From: Thermodesulfobacteriota bacterium
GTDB taxonomy: Bacteria; Desulfobacterota; Desulfarculia; JACQYL01
Reading direction: 5' to 3'
Assembly: GCA_963675595.2 (NCBI GenBank)
Contig: CAXXLZ010000001.1
Coordinates: forward strand, 96,001-160,000
Length of the DNA: 64,000 nt
Notes under the pieces: model-generated
The model's database searches: none
Told to the model about the DNA's origin: nothing
What the model saw: the letters and a program-made list of their open reading frames with translations, nothing else
Part shown: positions 42,344-51,541 of the stretch, in pieces
Numbering within the stretch: position 1 is the stretch's first letter
Layout of the letters: each line of letters starts with the position of its first letter
Position numbers and translations under genes: made by a program

Positions 42344-42931
42344 TTACCGGATTCGGTCGAGGATCGTATCGATACCTCGACCGTTTTTGAGGCTTAAAGG
42401 AATGACTCCCGAAACCACCGGATCTAAAATCTTCGAAATCCTGTGGAGACCGGACTCATCCAGTGTTTCCGAATGACTGAGGGCCACCAGATCGGCGCCG
42501 TCGATCTGGCCGGTAAGCAGCAGACGCTTCTCCAACCAGTGTTTGTCGAAATCCGCACCGTTCACCAGAGTGATGAACGTCCCGGTTTCGTATTTCACGT
42601 CCCGTCGAGCCATGGCACAGACCATCTGCAATTCTCGAGTCACCACCAGGCCCGACGGTTCGACAAAGATGTAGCCGAACTCCCCGGTTCTGACAATCTC
42701 CTTAAGGCGAACCGCAAAACTGGACGCCAGTGAACAGCCCAGTCATCCGCCCCGAAGACGCTCCATGTAAACCGCGTGGTCGTCGACGAAACTCTGATCG
42801 TAAGCTTGCTCGCCCTCTTCGTTGACGATGACCGCGGACCGGGATCCCTCCCCGTGCAGTCGGGAAATTAATTCCCTGATCAAAGTCGTTTTTCCGCTTC
42901 CCGTAACGCCGGATATGGGGATCACCTTCAT
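42344..42931 (-). CDS. Selenocysteine-containing CobW/G3E-family GTPase (Sec at codon 63)
   Basis: ORF-track fragments 42743-42931 and 42344-42646 are in one frame: GVTGSGKTT..VNEEG..RGG-U-LGCS..FVEPSG; TGA at 42745-42743 aligns with the first Cys of GGCICC in the neighbouring paralog. Confidence 0.88.
42709..42742 (-). promoter_or_regulatory. Candidate bacterial SECIS element
   Basis: After UGA: CU-GGGCUGU-UC-ACUGG-CGU-CCAGU-UUU-GCGGUUC; apical loop starts 16 nt after UGA and has G at position 2 followed by U. Confidence 0.7.
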
Positions 42932-43449
42932 GGTTCGGGGTCCGCCTCCTGTTCCGTATCCTTGAACTGCTCTTCCAGTTGTTTGATGAAATCCTGTTTT
43001 GAGGCGGTGAAATCGAATTCGTCGAAGTAGGTGTGTTCCTTTTCCTTGTCCACGGTGAGGCCTCTACCTTCGGCGATCTCGTGGATTCCTTCCAGAGTGG
43101 CCGCTTTCACTTCCTCTTCACGGATACCCTGTACGATGCTGTTCACGGCCATATACAGCTCCGCCACCGGATGGGAGAGGTGTCCGGAAGAATACGCGCC
43201 GTGGGAGACTCCGATGGTATCCGCCTTCATGGTTCCGGCTTCACTCATGATGTGCGATTTGATGTGCCCGATGCAGCGGGCGCCCCGGGCCATACATTTG
43301 TTCGCGATGGAAAGCATCATGGTTTCAGCCAGATTCTTTATCTGGGTCTCATCCAGAGGGGTGGGATGACTCACTTTCACCGCGACACCGTACCCACTCA
43401 CTCCGTGTTCGGTATAACAGCCCTTTTCCGCCGTCAAGGGGTCCGTCAT
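42928..43449 (-). CDS. Hypothetical protein, CobW C-terminal-like (IGHIK motif)
   Basis: 173 aa, GARCIGHIKSH; stop overlaps start of the Sec GTPase (ATGA). Confidence 0.7.
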   Translation of the reverse strand: MTDPLTAEKGCYTEHGVSGYGVAVKVSHPTPLDETQIKNLAETMMLSIANKCMARGARCIGHIKSHIMSEAGTMKADTIGVSHGAYSSGHLSHPVAELYMAVNSIVQGIREEEVKAATLEGIHEIAEGRGLTVDKEKEHTYFDEFDFTASKQDFIKQLEEQFKDTEQEADPEP

Positions 43450-43453
43450 GGCC

Positions 43454-44068
43454 TTACTCCTTCCATGTCATGATGAGCTCTTTGACCCGATCCACTCCTT
43501 CACCGGAAAACGTGGACAAACGAAGGAGCTCCGCATCGGGATTGAGTTCTTTGATCTTGCTTTCCGTACCGTCCAAAGTGCCCGGGTCCACAGCGTCCAC
43601 TTTGCTTACGGCAACGACATTGGCGTCTTTGACCTGCGTAGTGACGAGTTGGCCCAGGGCGTCCATATCCAACAGCTCGGCCGGTCGGGTGGCGTCGAAT
43701 AGAACAATGGCCGGTCCGAGGGCGATCTTGGCGTCGCGTCCCCCCATCCTTGCGGCCAACTTGACCTGATGAGGAACGGCCACCCCGGTGGGTTCCACCA
43801 GCACGTGGTCGGGGTTGAATTCCCGGTAAAGGGCGTAAATCGTCTTGGCGAACGTGGCGGCGACTTCGCAGCAGATGCATCCTCCTCCGATATCCTTAAC
43901 TCGGAGTCCGGTTTCTTCGATGATTTTTCCGTCAACGGGAATCTCTCCGATTTCGTTGACCACAAGCGCGACTTTCTGTTCTCCGTGTCCGGCCAATTCC
44001 CTGGAAAGCCTCAGCAGCAAAGTGGTCTTTCCACAACCCAAGAATCCTGCGATCTGCGTGATTTTCAT
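43454..44068 (-). CDS. CobW/HypB/UreG (G3E) GTPase, nucleotide-binding domain only
   Basis: AGFLGCGKTT, VVNEIG, GGGCICC, VEPTG, SKVD; start placed at ATG 44068. Confidence 0.9.
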   Translation of the reverse strand: MKITQIAGFLGCGKTTLLLRLSRELAGHGEQKVALVVNEIGEIPVDGKIIEETGLRVKDIGGGCICCEVAATFAKTIYALYREFNPDHVLVEPTGVAVPHQVKLAARMGGRDAKIALGPAIVLFDATRPAELLDMDALGQLVTTQVKDANVVAVSKVDAVDPGTLDGTESKIKELNPDAELLRLSTFSGEGVDRVKELIMTWKE

Positions 44069-44500
44069 GGACCATCCCTTCTCGACGCGTGCAAACGAAT
44101 CCCCATTCGCGGACCAATCCGCCAATCTCGTTGGAGAACAGTGAACGTCGGCGTTACAGATGAAAGATGGAAACACGGGTGCGCCGGGCATCGTGCGTAG
44201 CCCGGATCGGAATTACTGGGTGGGTTCCGGTATGAAGAACCTGATGTCTGGTCAAGCTGCAAGATCAACCCTGCTCGAATAACCTGCATGAGGGACTGCG
44301 CTGTGTGACCTTCGATTTCCGGTGAACCGAGGTGAGAACACCGTCGGATAGCGGGTACTTCCCGCCCTCCGGAAAACCGGAATTTTCCAATGAGCTTACG
44401 GCGGCGCCTTTCAGCTATCCGGTACTCGAGGTGAAATCGGCGCCGTACGTTTGATTCCTGTACCTCCCAACGTCTATTGGAATCTTGTATAGACCTTATA

Positions 44501-44529
44501 AGAATAAGTACTGCAACCGGCATTGTCAA
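44501..44529 (-). promoter_or_regulatory. Candidate sigma-70 promoter upstream of the cobW-like operon
   Basis: Minus strand TTGACA-17 nt-TATTCT in an AT-rich patch. Confidence 0.5.
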
Positions 44530-44744
44530 TGAGATCACACTTCCCCAACAGACCGTTGAAAGAAACCGGTTGCTGCGGGCCGCCGAGTCATGGACGGATC
44601 GCCGGGGCGGGCGGGGAGGACCGTTTACAGACGGCCCTCGCAGGGCATCGTTCGTTGTTTCTTCCCAAAGGGTCGAGGAGCACACGGTGTAGTCGCTCCC
44701 CGACCTTGGCGGGCGACCGGATTCAATCGGCCGGGAGTTCGACG

Positions 44745-46187
44745 TCACTCATGCCGGCCGGTGGGGATTGGGTCCGGGTCATCTTCATTCCGACGGAGAG
44801 GTATGTCCCATTTCTTCATGTACTTCCAGATCGCCGTGCGGCTGAGCCCGATCCTGCGTGCGACCTCCGCCTTGTTCCAGTCGCAAACCTCCAGCTCCTC
44901 GACCAGCATCTTCTTGGTCGGTTTCTTTCTTCGGGCCGATGCATGTTTGGATTCGGAGCGGGGCGTTGAACAAATCGGCGTTTGTTCGGGCCGCCGAACT
45001 TCGACGGGAAGATCCATGGGCTCTATTGTCACCCGGTTACACAGAACAAATGCATGTTCGACGGCGTTTTCCAGTTCGCGCACGTTGCCGGGCCAATCGT
45101 AATCGATCAGCATTCGCATGGCCTCCTGAGACAGGTTCTGGATTTTCTTGCCCGTCTTTTCGTTCATTATTTTGATGAAATGGCTCACCAACAGAGGAAT
45201 GTCTTCACGACGCTCCCTTAAAGGGGGAATTGAGATGGGAAACACCTTGAGGCGGTAGTAGAGGTCCTCACGAAATCGTCCCTCCCTCACCATGGCATAC
45301 AAATCCTGATGGGTGGCGGTGATGACGCGTATATTGATCTTGCGCCTTTTCGAGTCTCCCACCCGTTCGACCTCCCGTTCCTGCAACACGCGTAGGAGTT
45401 TGACTTGAATGAAGGGCGTCAGTTCTCCGATTTCGTCAAGGAACAAGGTCCCTCCCTCGGCTTGCTCGAATCGGCCGACACGATCCCTGACCGCGCCGGT
45501 ATAGGCGCCCTTCACATGGCCGAAAAGTTCGCTTTCCAGAACCGATTCGGAGAGCGCGCTGCAATTGACGACCACCAGCGGGGCGCTCTTTCGATCACTG
45601 CGGTAGTGAATGGCTCCCGCCACCAACTCTTTGCCGGTTCCGCTTTCGCCCTGGATCAGAATCGTGGCGTCGCTGGCGGCCGCCGCGCGTATGGTGGAAA
45701 ACACCTGCTGCATGGGGCGACTCCGCCCGATGAGATTGTCTATGCGATGAATCTCGGCCAGCCGAAGCGTTGCCTCTTCCGCCTTTTTTCGGGCCAGGTT
45801 AAGCTCGGTCAGGTCGGCCACCGTTTCCACGACTCCAATGGCCTTCCCTTTGCTGTCTCGGACCACCCCGGCATTTTTGATGACCGATACCTCATGGCCG
45901 TCTTTGTGCCTGAGTCGGCATTCTTTGGCTTCGGAGGTATCTTTCTGAAGAATACCGCACTTATGGAATCCGGACGGACACGCCTTTCCGAAGCACTGCG
46001 AACATTGCAGCAGCTCACAGGTACGACCCAAGGCTTCCTTCGAGCTGTAACCCGTGATACGCTCCATGGAACCGTTCCAGGAAGATATCCGACCGTCGGC
46101 GTCCAACGTGAAGACCCCGTCCGCCATGCAGTTGAGTATCCGGTTTACGAATCGGATGTCCCAGAGGCTGTATGTTTGACCGTTCAT
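44745..46187 (-). CDS. PAS-domain sigma-54-dependent activator (Fis HTH)
   Basis: Cys-rich PAS, GESGTGKE, ESELFGHVKGAYTGA, LFLDEIG, FREDLYYRL, WPGNVREL, C-terminal HTH. Confidence 0.95.
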   Translation of the reverse strand: MNGQTYSLWDIRFVNRILNCMADGVFTLDADGRISSWNGSMERITGYSSKEALGRTCELLQCSQCFGKACPSGFHKCGILQKDTSEAKECRLRHKDGHEVSVIKNAGVVRDSKGKAIGVVETVADLTELNLARKKAEEATLRLAEIHRIDNLIGRSRPMQQVFSTIRAAAASDATILIQGESGTGKELVAGAIHYRSDRKSAPLVVVNCSALSESVLESELFGHVKGAYTGAVRDRVGRFEQAEGGTLFLDEIGELTPFIQVKLLRVLQEREVERVGDSKRRKINIRVITATHQDLYAMVREGRFREDLYYRLKVFPISIPPLRERREDIPLLVSHFIKIMNEKTGKKIQNLSQEAMRMLIDYDWPGNVRELENAVEHAFVLCNRVTIEPMDLPVEVRRPEQTPICSTPRSESKHASARRKKPTKKMLVEELEVCDWNKAEVARRIGLSRTAIWKYMKKWDIPLRRNEDDPDPIPTGRHE

Positions 46188-46323
46188 TTCCTCCCATTCT
46201 CCTGCTATGTTTACGTTAAGTTAACGTTACCTTTCATTCTTCCTCCAATAATCGTTTCTCAAGCGTCTGTCAATTACCGGTAAATATCTAGCTATAACAA
46301 TTGGTTGTGCGCTTAATACAACT

Positions 46324-46339
46324 TGGGCACGAGATTTGC
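46324..46339 (+). promoter_or_regulatory. Sigma-54 promoter upstream of thioredoxin
   Basis: GGCACGAGATTTGC, GG-N10-GC. Confidence 0.65.
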
Positions 46340-46593
46340 CCGGATTAGGGTTGAACCACGCAATCCGGCTTCGGACCGTGGCGTCCGTCGGCCGGATGAT
46401 CAAGGATTTTTCGTCGATACGGGAACGTGTGGAGGCCGTCGTTGTGCGATGGAACAAAAGGGCCTTTCAACCCGGGTCCCTGTGACGCGGCGGATTCGGA
46501 GATCGATTTTCCGCCTGCCGGGCTCTCAGTCCCGGCCGATGCCCCTCCGGCGGACGTCGACATCGGATCAGCTCAGATCGGAGGCGTTCAACG

Positions 46594-46920
46594 ATGAAAA
46601 TAGAATCGAGGGAAGAATTCCATGACGTCACCCAACAAGGCGTCGCGCTCGTCGATTTCAATGCCGCGTGGTGCCCGCCCTGCCGGGCCCAGAAATCGAC
46701 CCTTCAAGAGCTGGAAAAAACCTACAAAGACAGAGCGACCATTGCGGAGCTCGACGTTGATGAACACGTGGAAATCGCAACGGATCACAGTATTCAGAGC
46801 GTCCCCACCCTGATTCTCTTCAAGGCGGGTACGGAGATTCGCCGATTTATCGGACTTCACAGTTGGGAGACGTTGTCACAGGCGGTGGAAAAGGCATTGG
46901 AAGACGGATCGGCAATATAG
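46594..46920 (+). CDS. trxA: Thioredoxin
   Basis: LVDFNAAWCPPC, IQSVPTLILFK. Confidence 0.9.
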   Translation: MKIESREEFHDVTQQGVALVDFNAAWCPPCRAQKSTLQELEKTYKDRATIAELDVDEHVEIATDHSIQSVPTLILFKAGTEIRRFIGLHSWETLSQAVEKALEDGSAI

Positions 46921-47004
46921 GACGGAGGCGAACTCGGATGTGCCCCGGTGAGGAACGCCCCAATGGGAGGCGTTCCTCGCTTCAATCGGCGCCATGCGCG
47001 ACGA

Positions 47005-48360
47005 TCAGCGCACCGCGGCGCGGAGCATGTTCAATACCTGGTTGGACGCATCGATGAGCGGATGCACCGTGGGTGCCGGTGTGAGCAGCGGATGGGTGGC
47101 CAGCTGCATCATTTCGATCTCCCGCACGGTTACCTTCTTCTGAATGCCCAAGGCGACGAGGTTGACAAGTTCTCCCACCGAAGGTCCGCCGGACATCTGG
47201 CCTCCCAGCAGAATGCCGGATCGATCCGCGAACACCAGCTTGAGTTTCATGGGCAAAGCTCCGGGCAGGGTTCCGGGATGATGATCCGGAGCGGTCGACG
47301 TGGCGGTCAGGTAACGAAATCCTTCCTTCTCACATCCGCGGCAGGTCATGCCGGCGCTGGCGAAAGATCGGCTTCCGATCTTGGTCGAGAAAGCGGCGAT
47401 GGTGCCTTGAATCTGACGGATTACCCGGATTCCATAGATGTTGATGCCGGCTACGCGGGCTTCCGCCGTAGCGGTGGAAGCAAGCCACACCGGAACGGCC
47501 CGCCGTGTGAAGAAGTCTCGCTTGAGCGCGCAATCGCCCACGGCAAATACGCCCTCCGCCGAGGTTCGCATGTAGTCGTCCACCCACACGGAACCTCCAT
47601 CGGCCAATCTCAGTCCCGCTTCTTCAGCCAACCCGCTGTTGGGTTTGCCTCCGATGCCGACCAACACCATGTCCGCGGGGATGCTTTCCCCTCCCGCGAG
47701 GGTAACGGATGTCACTTGGCCGTCGCCGTCTATGGATTGCACCGTGCTTCCCAAATGGAGTCGCACGCCGGCGGCGTCGAGTTCACCGGTCGCCTCGTCG
47801 CAGAATTCGTCGTCAAAGGCCGTATACATGATTTTGGGCATGATCTCCGCCACATGCACCTGCGTATCCGGAGAGTGGGACAACTCGTCGGCGAACTCGG
47901 CGCCGATAAAGCCGCCTCCGATGATGACCACGTTTTTCGCTTTACGCGCTTCTTCTCGGAGCGCGACCATTTGGGCCATGCTCTTTTCGATGGTGTGCAC
48001 ACCTTTCTTGTCTCCGCCCGGTATGGGGGGCATGCCGGGACGCAGTCCGGTGGCCAGCACCAGGCGTTCGAAGGAGACGTCGCCTTTGTTTTGGAGCTTC
48101 ACGGCGTGCTTTTCGAGGTCCAGAGACAGGGCGGAATCCACGAGTACATCGATCCCCGCATTTTGGAGCGGGAGGTTTCCCATGGCGTTCTGAGCGGGAT
48201 CGGACATGGTGTTCATCATATAAGGAATGGCACACGGTATGACGCCGTCCCCGATCTGCTTGACCACGCACACCGATTTGTCCGGGTACACGTTCTTGGC
48301 GGTCAGCGCCGTTATGACACCGGCGGGTCCTCCGCCGATGATGACGATGTGGTAAAACAT
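47005..48360 (-). CDS. FAD-dependent pyridine nucleotide-disulfide oxidoreductase (NADH oxidase / CoA-disulfide reductase family)
   Basis: IIGGGPAG, single redox Cys IPCAIPY, LVLATG, IIGGGFIGAE, FAVGDC. Confidence 0.9.
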   Translation of the reverse strand: MFYHIVIIGGGPAGVITALTAKNVYPDKSVCVVKQIGDGVIPCAIPYMMNTMSDPAQNAMGNLPLQNAGIDVLVDSALSLDLEKHAVKLQNKGDVSFERLVLATGLRPGMPPIPGGDKKGVHTIEKSMAQMVALREEARKAKNVVIIGGGFIGAEFADELSHSPDTQVHVAEIMPKIMYTAFDDEFCDEATGELDAAGVRLHLGSTVQSIDGDGQVTSVTLAGGESIPADMVLVGIGGKPNSGLAEEAGLRLADGGSVWVDDYMRTSAEGVFAVGDCALKRDFFTRRAVPVWLASTATAEARVAGINIYGIRVIRQIQGTIAAFSTKIGSRSFASAGMTCRGCEKEGFRYLTATSTAPDHHPGTLPGALPMKLKLVFADRSGILLGGQMSGGPSVGELVNLVALGIQKKVTVREIEMMQLATHPLLTPAPTVHPLIDASNQVLNMLRAAVR

Positions 48361-48428
48361 GGTTGATCCTCCTTGATATATTCATGCGCCCGAATCCTAG
48401 ACCTCGGGCGTTTGGTTCCAAAGGACGA

Positions 48429-48443
48429 GCAAGACCCGTTCCA
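48429..48443 (-). promoter_or_regulatory. Sigma-54 promoter for the oxidoreductase
   Basis: Minus strand TGGAACGGGTCTTGC, ~70 bp upstream of ATG 48360. Confidence 0.7.
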
Positions 48444-49227
48444 GAATTCGAACCGGCTGCGTCTCGTGTAAGTTGTTGCCGTGAATAAAAAATTCGAACG
48501 TAGTCCATAATCCGCCGAGAGCCCTCTTCCCGTCCGCGTCCGGTCTCTTTGCGCGGTGTAAAGGAAACCGCCGGCGAGGCTCTCACCTCGGAACGCCTTC
48601 CCTCATTCGCCCAAATCCGTTCCTCGGTCGCCGAGATTGCCTGCCGGCTCATCCCGGTGCACCCAATCCCCGGGATCGCGAGATCGCGGGTGAACAGGAG
48701 GCAACGTTACCTAGGGTTACGGTAACGCAGGTAACGCTCGGGGGGCGGGCCGCTCTTGAACCGCTTCGTATCGTGGATGTGCTGTAACCTATTGTCGCGG
48801 CACCATGAATCGTCATTCGTCATGGAGTGGCATGGAAGTTGACTTGTCGTTGGGGGACGGACATCAAAACCCGGGCGGCGGGGTGCACAAAAGAACCCTG
48901 CAAACGCAGGAACGGCCGTTCCGCAGAATTCATGGCGCCCGGAGATATCGGGAATCGTTCTCAACGGAATCCGCCGTGTCCGCAAGTGCTTCGAGAGGGA
49001 GGAGGGCGGGAGGCCCCCTCGAAGGCTTTGCCCGACGTGCGCCGACGGAGCGTCGATCGTGTCCGGTTGCCGCGGGCCGCTCTTTCCGTCGTGCCGACAA
49101 CGTCGGAAGTTCAAGAACCACGGATGCAAGGAGGACTCGTGCCGTCCGGCGGTCGGTAGCGCAGGGCGTCGTTCGGAACCATGGGGACCGCTCGTTGAAC
49201 CGGTCATAAGGAGAAAGGAGAAGGCTG

Positions 49228-50109
49228 ATGCGAAGAGTCGTGGTGGCGATTGGATTGCTGTGTATGATTTTTTCATTGACCGCCGTTCAGACGGCGACGG
49301 CCGCGCCTGGGTTGTTGATGACGGCGAGTCGTGACGGATTCTGGTCCAACCAGTTTCCCGACGAACTGATTCTGCTGGTGCATGGTTATTACTACTGGGC
49401 GGATGAATTTGCCGACGACAACGGCGACAATCAGGACATGAACGATACCAAGGTGGGAATCAATCTGTACCGTTTGATCAAGCCGTGGCACTTCGGCGAT
49501 CATAATCAATATCAATATGTGCTGGAGGGCATTTTCGGGCTTGAAAACGTGAGCATCGACAACAACGGTATCGGTTCGAACTTCAACGAATCGGGCATCA
49601 TGAATCCGATGATCTACACGTCCATTGGATGGAACAACGAGAGCCAAACGACGCATCTCCAGTTCGCCGTAGTGCTCGTGGCTCCCTATGGCGACGACGA
49701 CCTGAAACTCAATCCCGGAGACGACAGCTATCAGGTCATGCCGCTGGTGGCTCTCGAACAACGGTTCGGACCGTTCTGGATCGATGGATCGGCCGGGTAC
49801 TATCATTATTTCGATGACCTGCACGACGACAACACCAACGGGAAGGACTATTTTGAGGTAAACGTGACCCCCAGCATGCACTTCGGACCTGTGGCGCTCT
49901 ATGTGCAGGGCGATTACACGAACACGCTCGAAAGCACCGTGTACGACGTGGACCAGGGCGATTCCGGCTATAATTTCGCCATCGCTCCGGGCGTCCATTG
50001 GTGGTTCTTACCCAACATGGAAGCCAATTTGAAGTATTTCAGGGACATCGCGGGAAAGAACGAAATGCAGGGACAAGGGGTCAACTTCCGCCTCATGTGG
50101 ATATTCTGA
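49228..50109 (+). CDS. Outer-membrane beta-barrel transporter (SphA / phenol MetA-pathway-like)
   Basis: Signal peptide, Asp/Asn/aromatic-rich strands, APYG motif, C-terminal aromatic (..FRLMWIF). Confidence 0.65.
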   Translation: MRRVVVAIGLLCMIFSLTAVQTATAAPGLLMTASRDGFWSNQFPDELILLVHGYYYWADEFADDNGDNQDMNDTKVGINLYRLIKPWHFGDHNQYQYVLEGIFGLENVSIDNNGIGSNFNESGIMNPMIYTSIGWNNESQTTHLQFAVVLVAPYGDDDLKLNPGDDSYQVMPLVALEQRFGPFWIDGSAGYYHYFDDLHDDNTNGKDYFEVNVTPSMHFGPVALYVQGDYTNTLESTVYDVDQGDSGYNFAIAPGVHWWFLPNMEANLKYFRDIAGKNEMQGQGVNFRLMWIF

Positions 50110-50765
50110 GTTCAGACCGGGCCGAACCCCTCGGACCGACTGCGGCCTTAGCGGGTGCGTCCGGAACGAGGTGAAGGGGCTTCGGAAGTAACGACGAGTT
50201 TCGTGTCCTCCTTGGATCGCGGGATCGGGCCTACAAGGCCTGGTCCCGTTTTTTTTCATTCACCGGGCGCCTGGAAAATGCCGTGTCGGCCTCGGATGCT
50301 CCATCGTTGTGACGGCGGATCTCCCGAACAAAGAGAAGACCCGCGTGGTTTCTCACCCGGCGACCCCCTGAACAATAAGCCATTCGTAATAATTCACTGG
50401 GTCGTCGGGGGACCCATGTTCCCCGGACCTCCTCATGCGGGGTTCGTCCCGCTGAAGCGTGACGAAGCCGAACCAGGGAATTCCTTTGCCGATTCAAGAG
50501 GTTTAGGGAATGTTGAAAATCAGTGAGGAAAGCCGGCTCTCCCTCAGCCTCTCCGGCGGACGGGCTTCCTGTTGAAACCAACTCGGGGTCGGGGAAATCT
50601 CAGGGCGGAGAGCATGCCCGCAAGGCCGACGGTCGTGGGAAAAGTGGAGGAAAGCGAAACACCCGGACCGTGCCGCGGTGACGTGCCGAAAAACGATCGG
50701 GGAACCTTTGTGCAAGGTTCCCCGAATTCAAAGCGGCTATTGATGGATTGATGAAAGGCGAACGA

Positions 50766-51155
50766 CTACTTCTTCATCGTGTCGTCCTTCATGGTTTCCT
50801 CTTTCATCATCCCGCCTTCCATCTTGTTCTTTTCCATCATCATGTCTTTTTTCATCATATCGTCTTCGCGGACGAGCACACCGGGTCTGTACTGAAATTC
50901 GATGCCCGTGGTGGGATCGACCCACGTTTCGGCCGTGCCTTCCTTCTTGATCAGCTTACCGGGTTTGTATTCGAACCGGATTCCAGTGGAAGGGTCCACC
51001 CAGGTCTGGGTTTCCGTCTTGTCCATCTTCAAGGGATCGGACGTCTCGATCTTTTGGCCCGTGGTGCTGTCCACCTTTTCCATGCACAGGGCGGCTCCGC
51101 TGAAACAGGTTACCAGAAACAATGCCGACAACAATACCAGCCATTTTTTCGTCAT
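50766..51155 (-). CDS. Secreted Met/Lys/Asp-rich (MXKDX-like) repeat protein
   Basis: Signal peptide, two TWVDPxTGIxFxYxPG repeats, tail DDMMKKDMMMEKNKM..MMKEETMKDDTMKK; GGAGG RBS. Confidence 0.75.
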   Translation of the reverse strand: MTKKWLVLLSALFLVTCFSGAALCMEKVDSTTGQKIETSDPLKMDKTETQTWVDPSTGIRFEYKPGKLIKKEGTAETWVDPTTGIEFQYRPGVLVREDDMMKKDMMMEKNKMEGGMMKEETMKDDTMKK

Positions 51156-51541
51156 AATCTGGATCCTCCTAATCTTGATGTGAACGATTCTCGGGCGATC
51201 GATTCACCCGATGCATTCCTTAGGGGCTCACGTTGACGCCCATTTCCTTCCCTTTCAAGGACAATGCCAATCCAGTCTAACTCGGAGCCGACAACGCGGC
51301 AATACAGTGGAGACTCTATATTCCGTGAGCATTCGGCGTGTTGTCGCGAGAAGCTGAGCCGCGGCAAACGAGGGCTTTCTCGCGCGTCCCGGCTTGCATA
51401 CCTGGATCTCATGAGATAGGCTGGAAACCTTATCGGAATATCGAGAGAATCAAGGGGAAATGATCCTGAGCCGGGGTCCAAAGGCCACGGGCGGATCCGT
51501 CCCGATATGATTCCCAATGATCGTCAAGGTACGGAGATTTC

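Noticed and set aside
44091-44105. Sigma-54-like site TGGGGATTCGTTTGC before the cobW-like gene
   Set aside because: Poor -24 element and the implied TSS would fall on the RBS.
44065-44748. 227-aa minus-strand ORF overlapping both neighbours by GTGA/ATGA
   Set aside because: Arg/Ser/Pro-rich with no motifs, and it crosses hairpins and an AT-rich promoter-like patch; probably a chance ORF.
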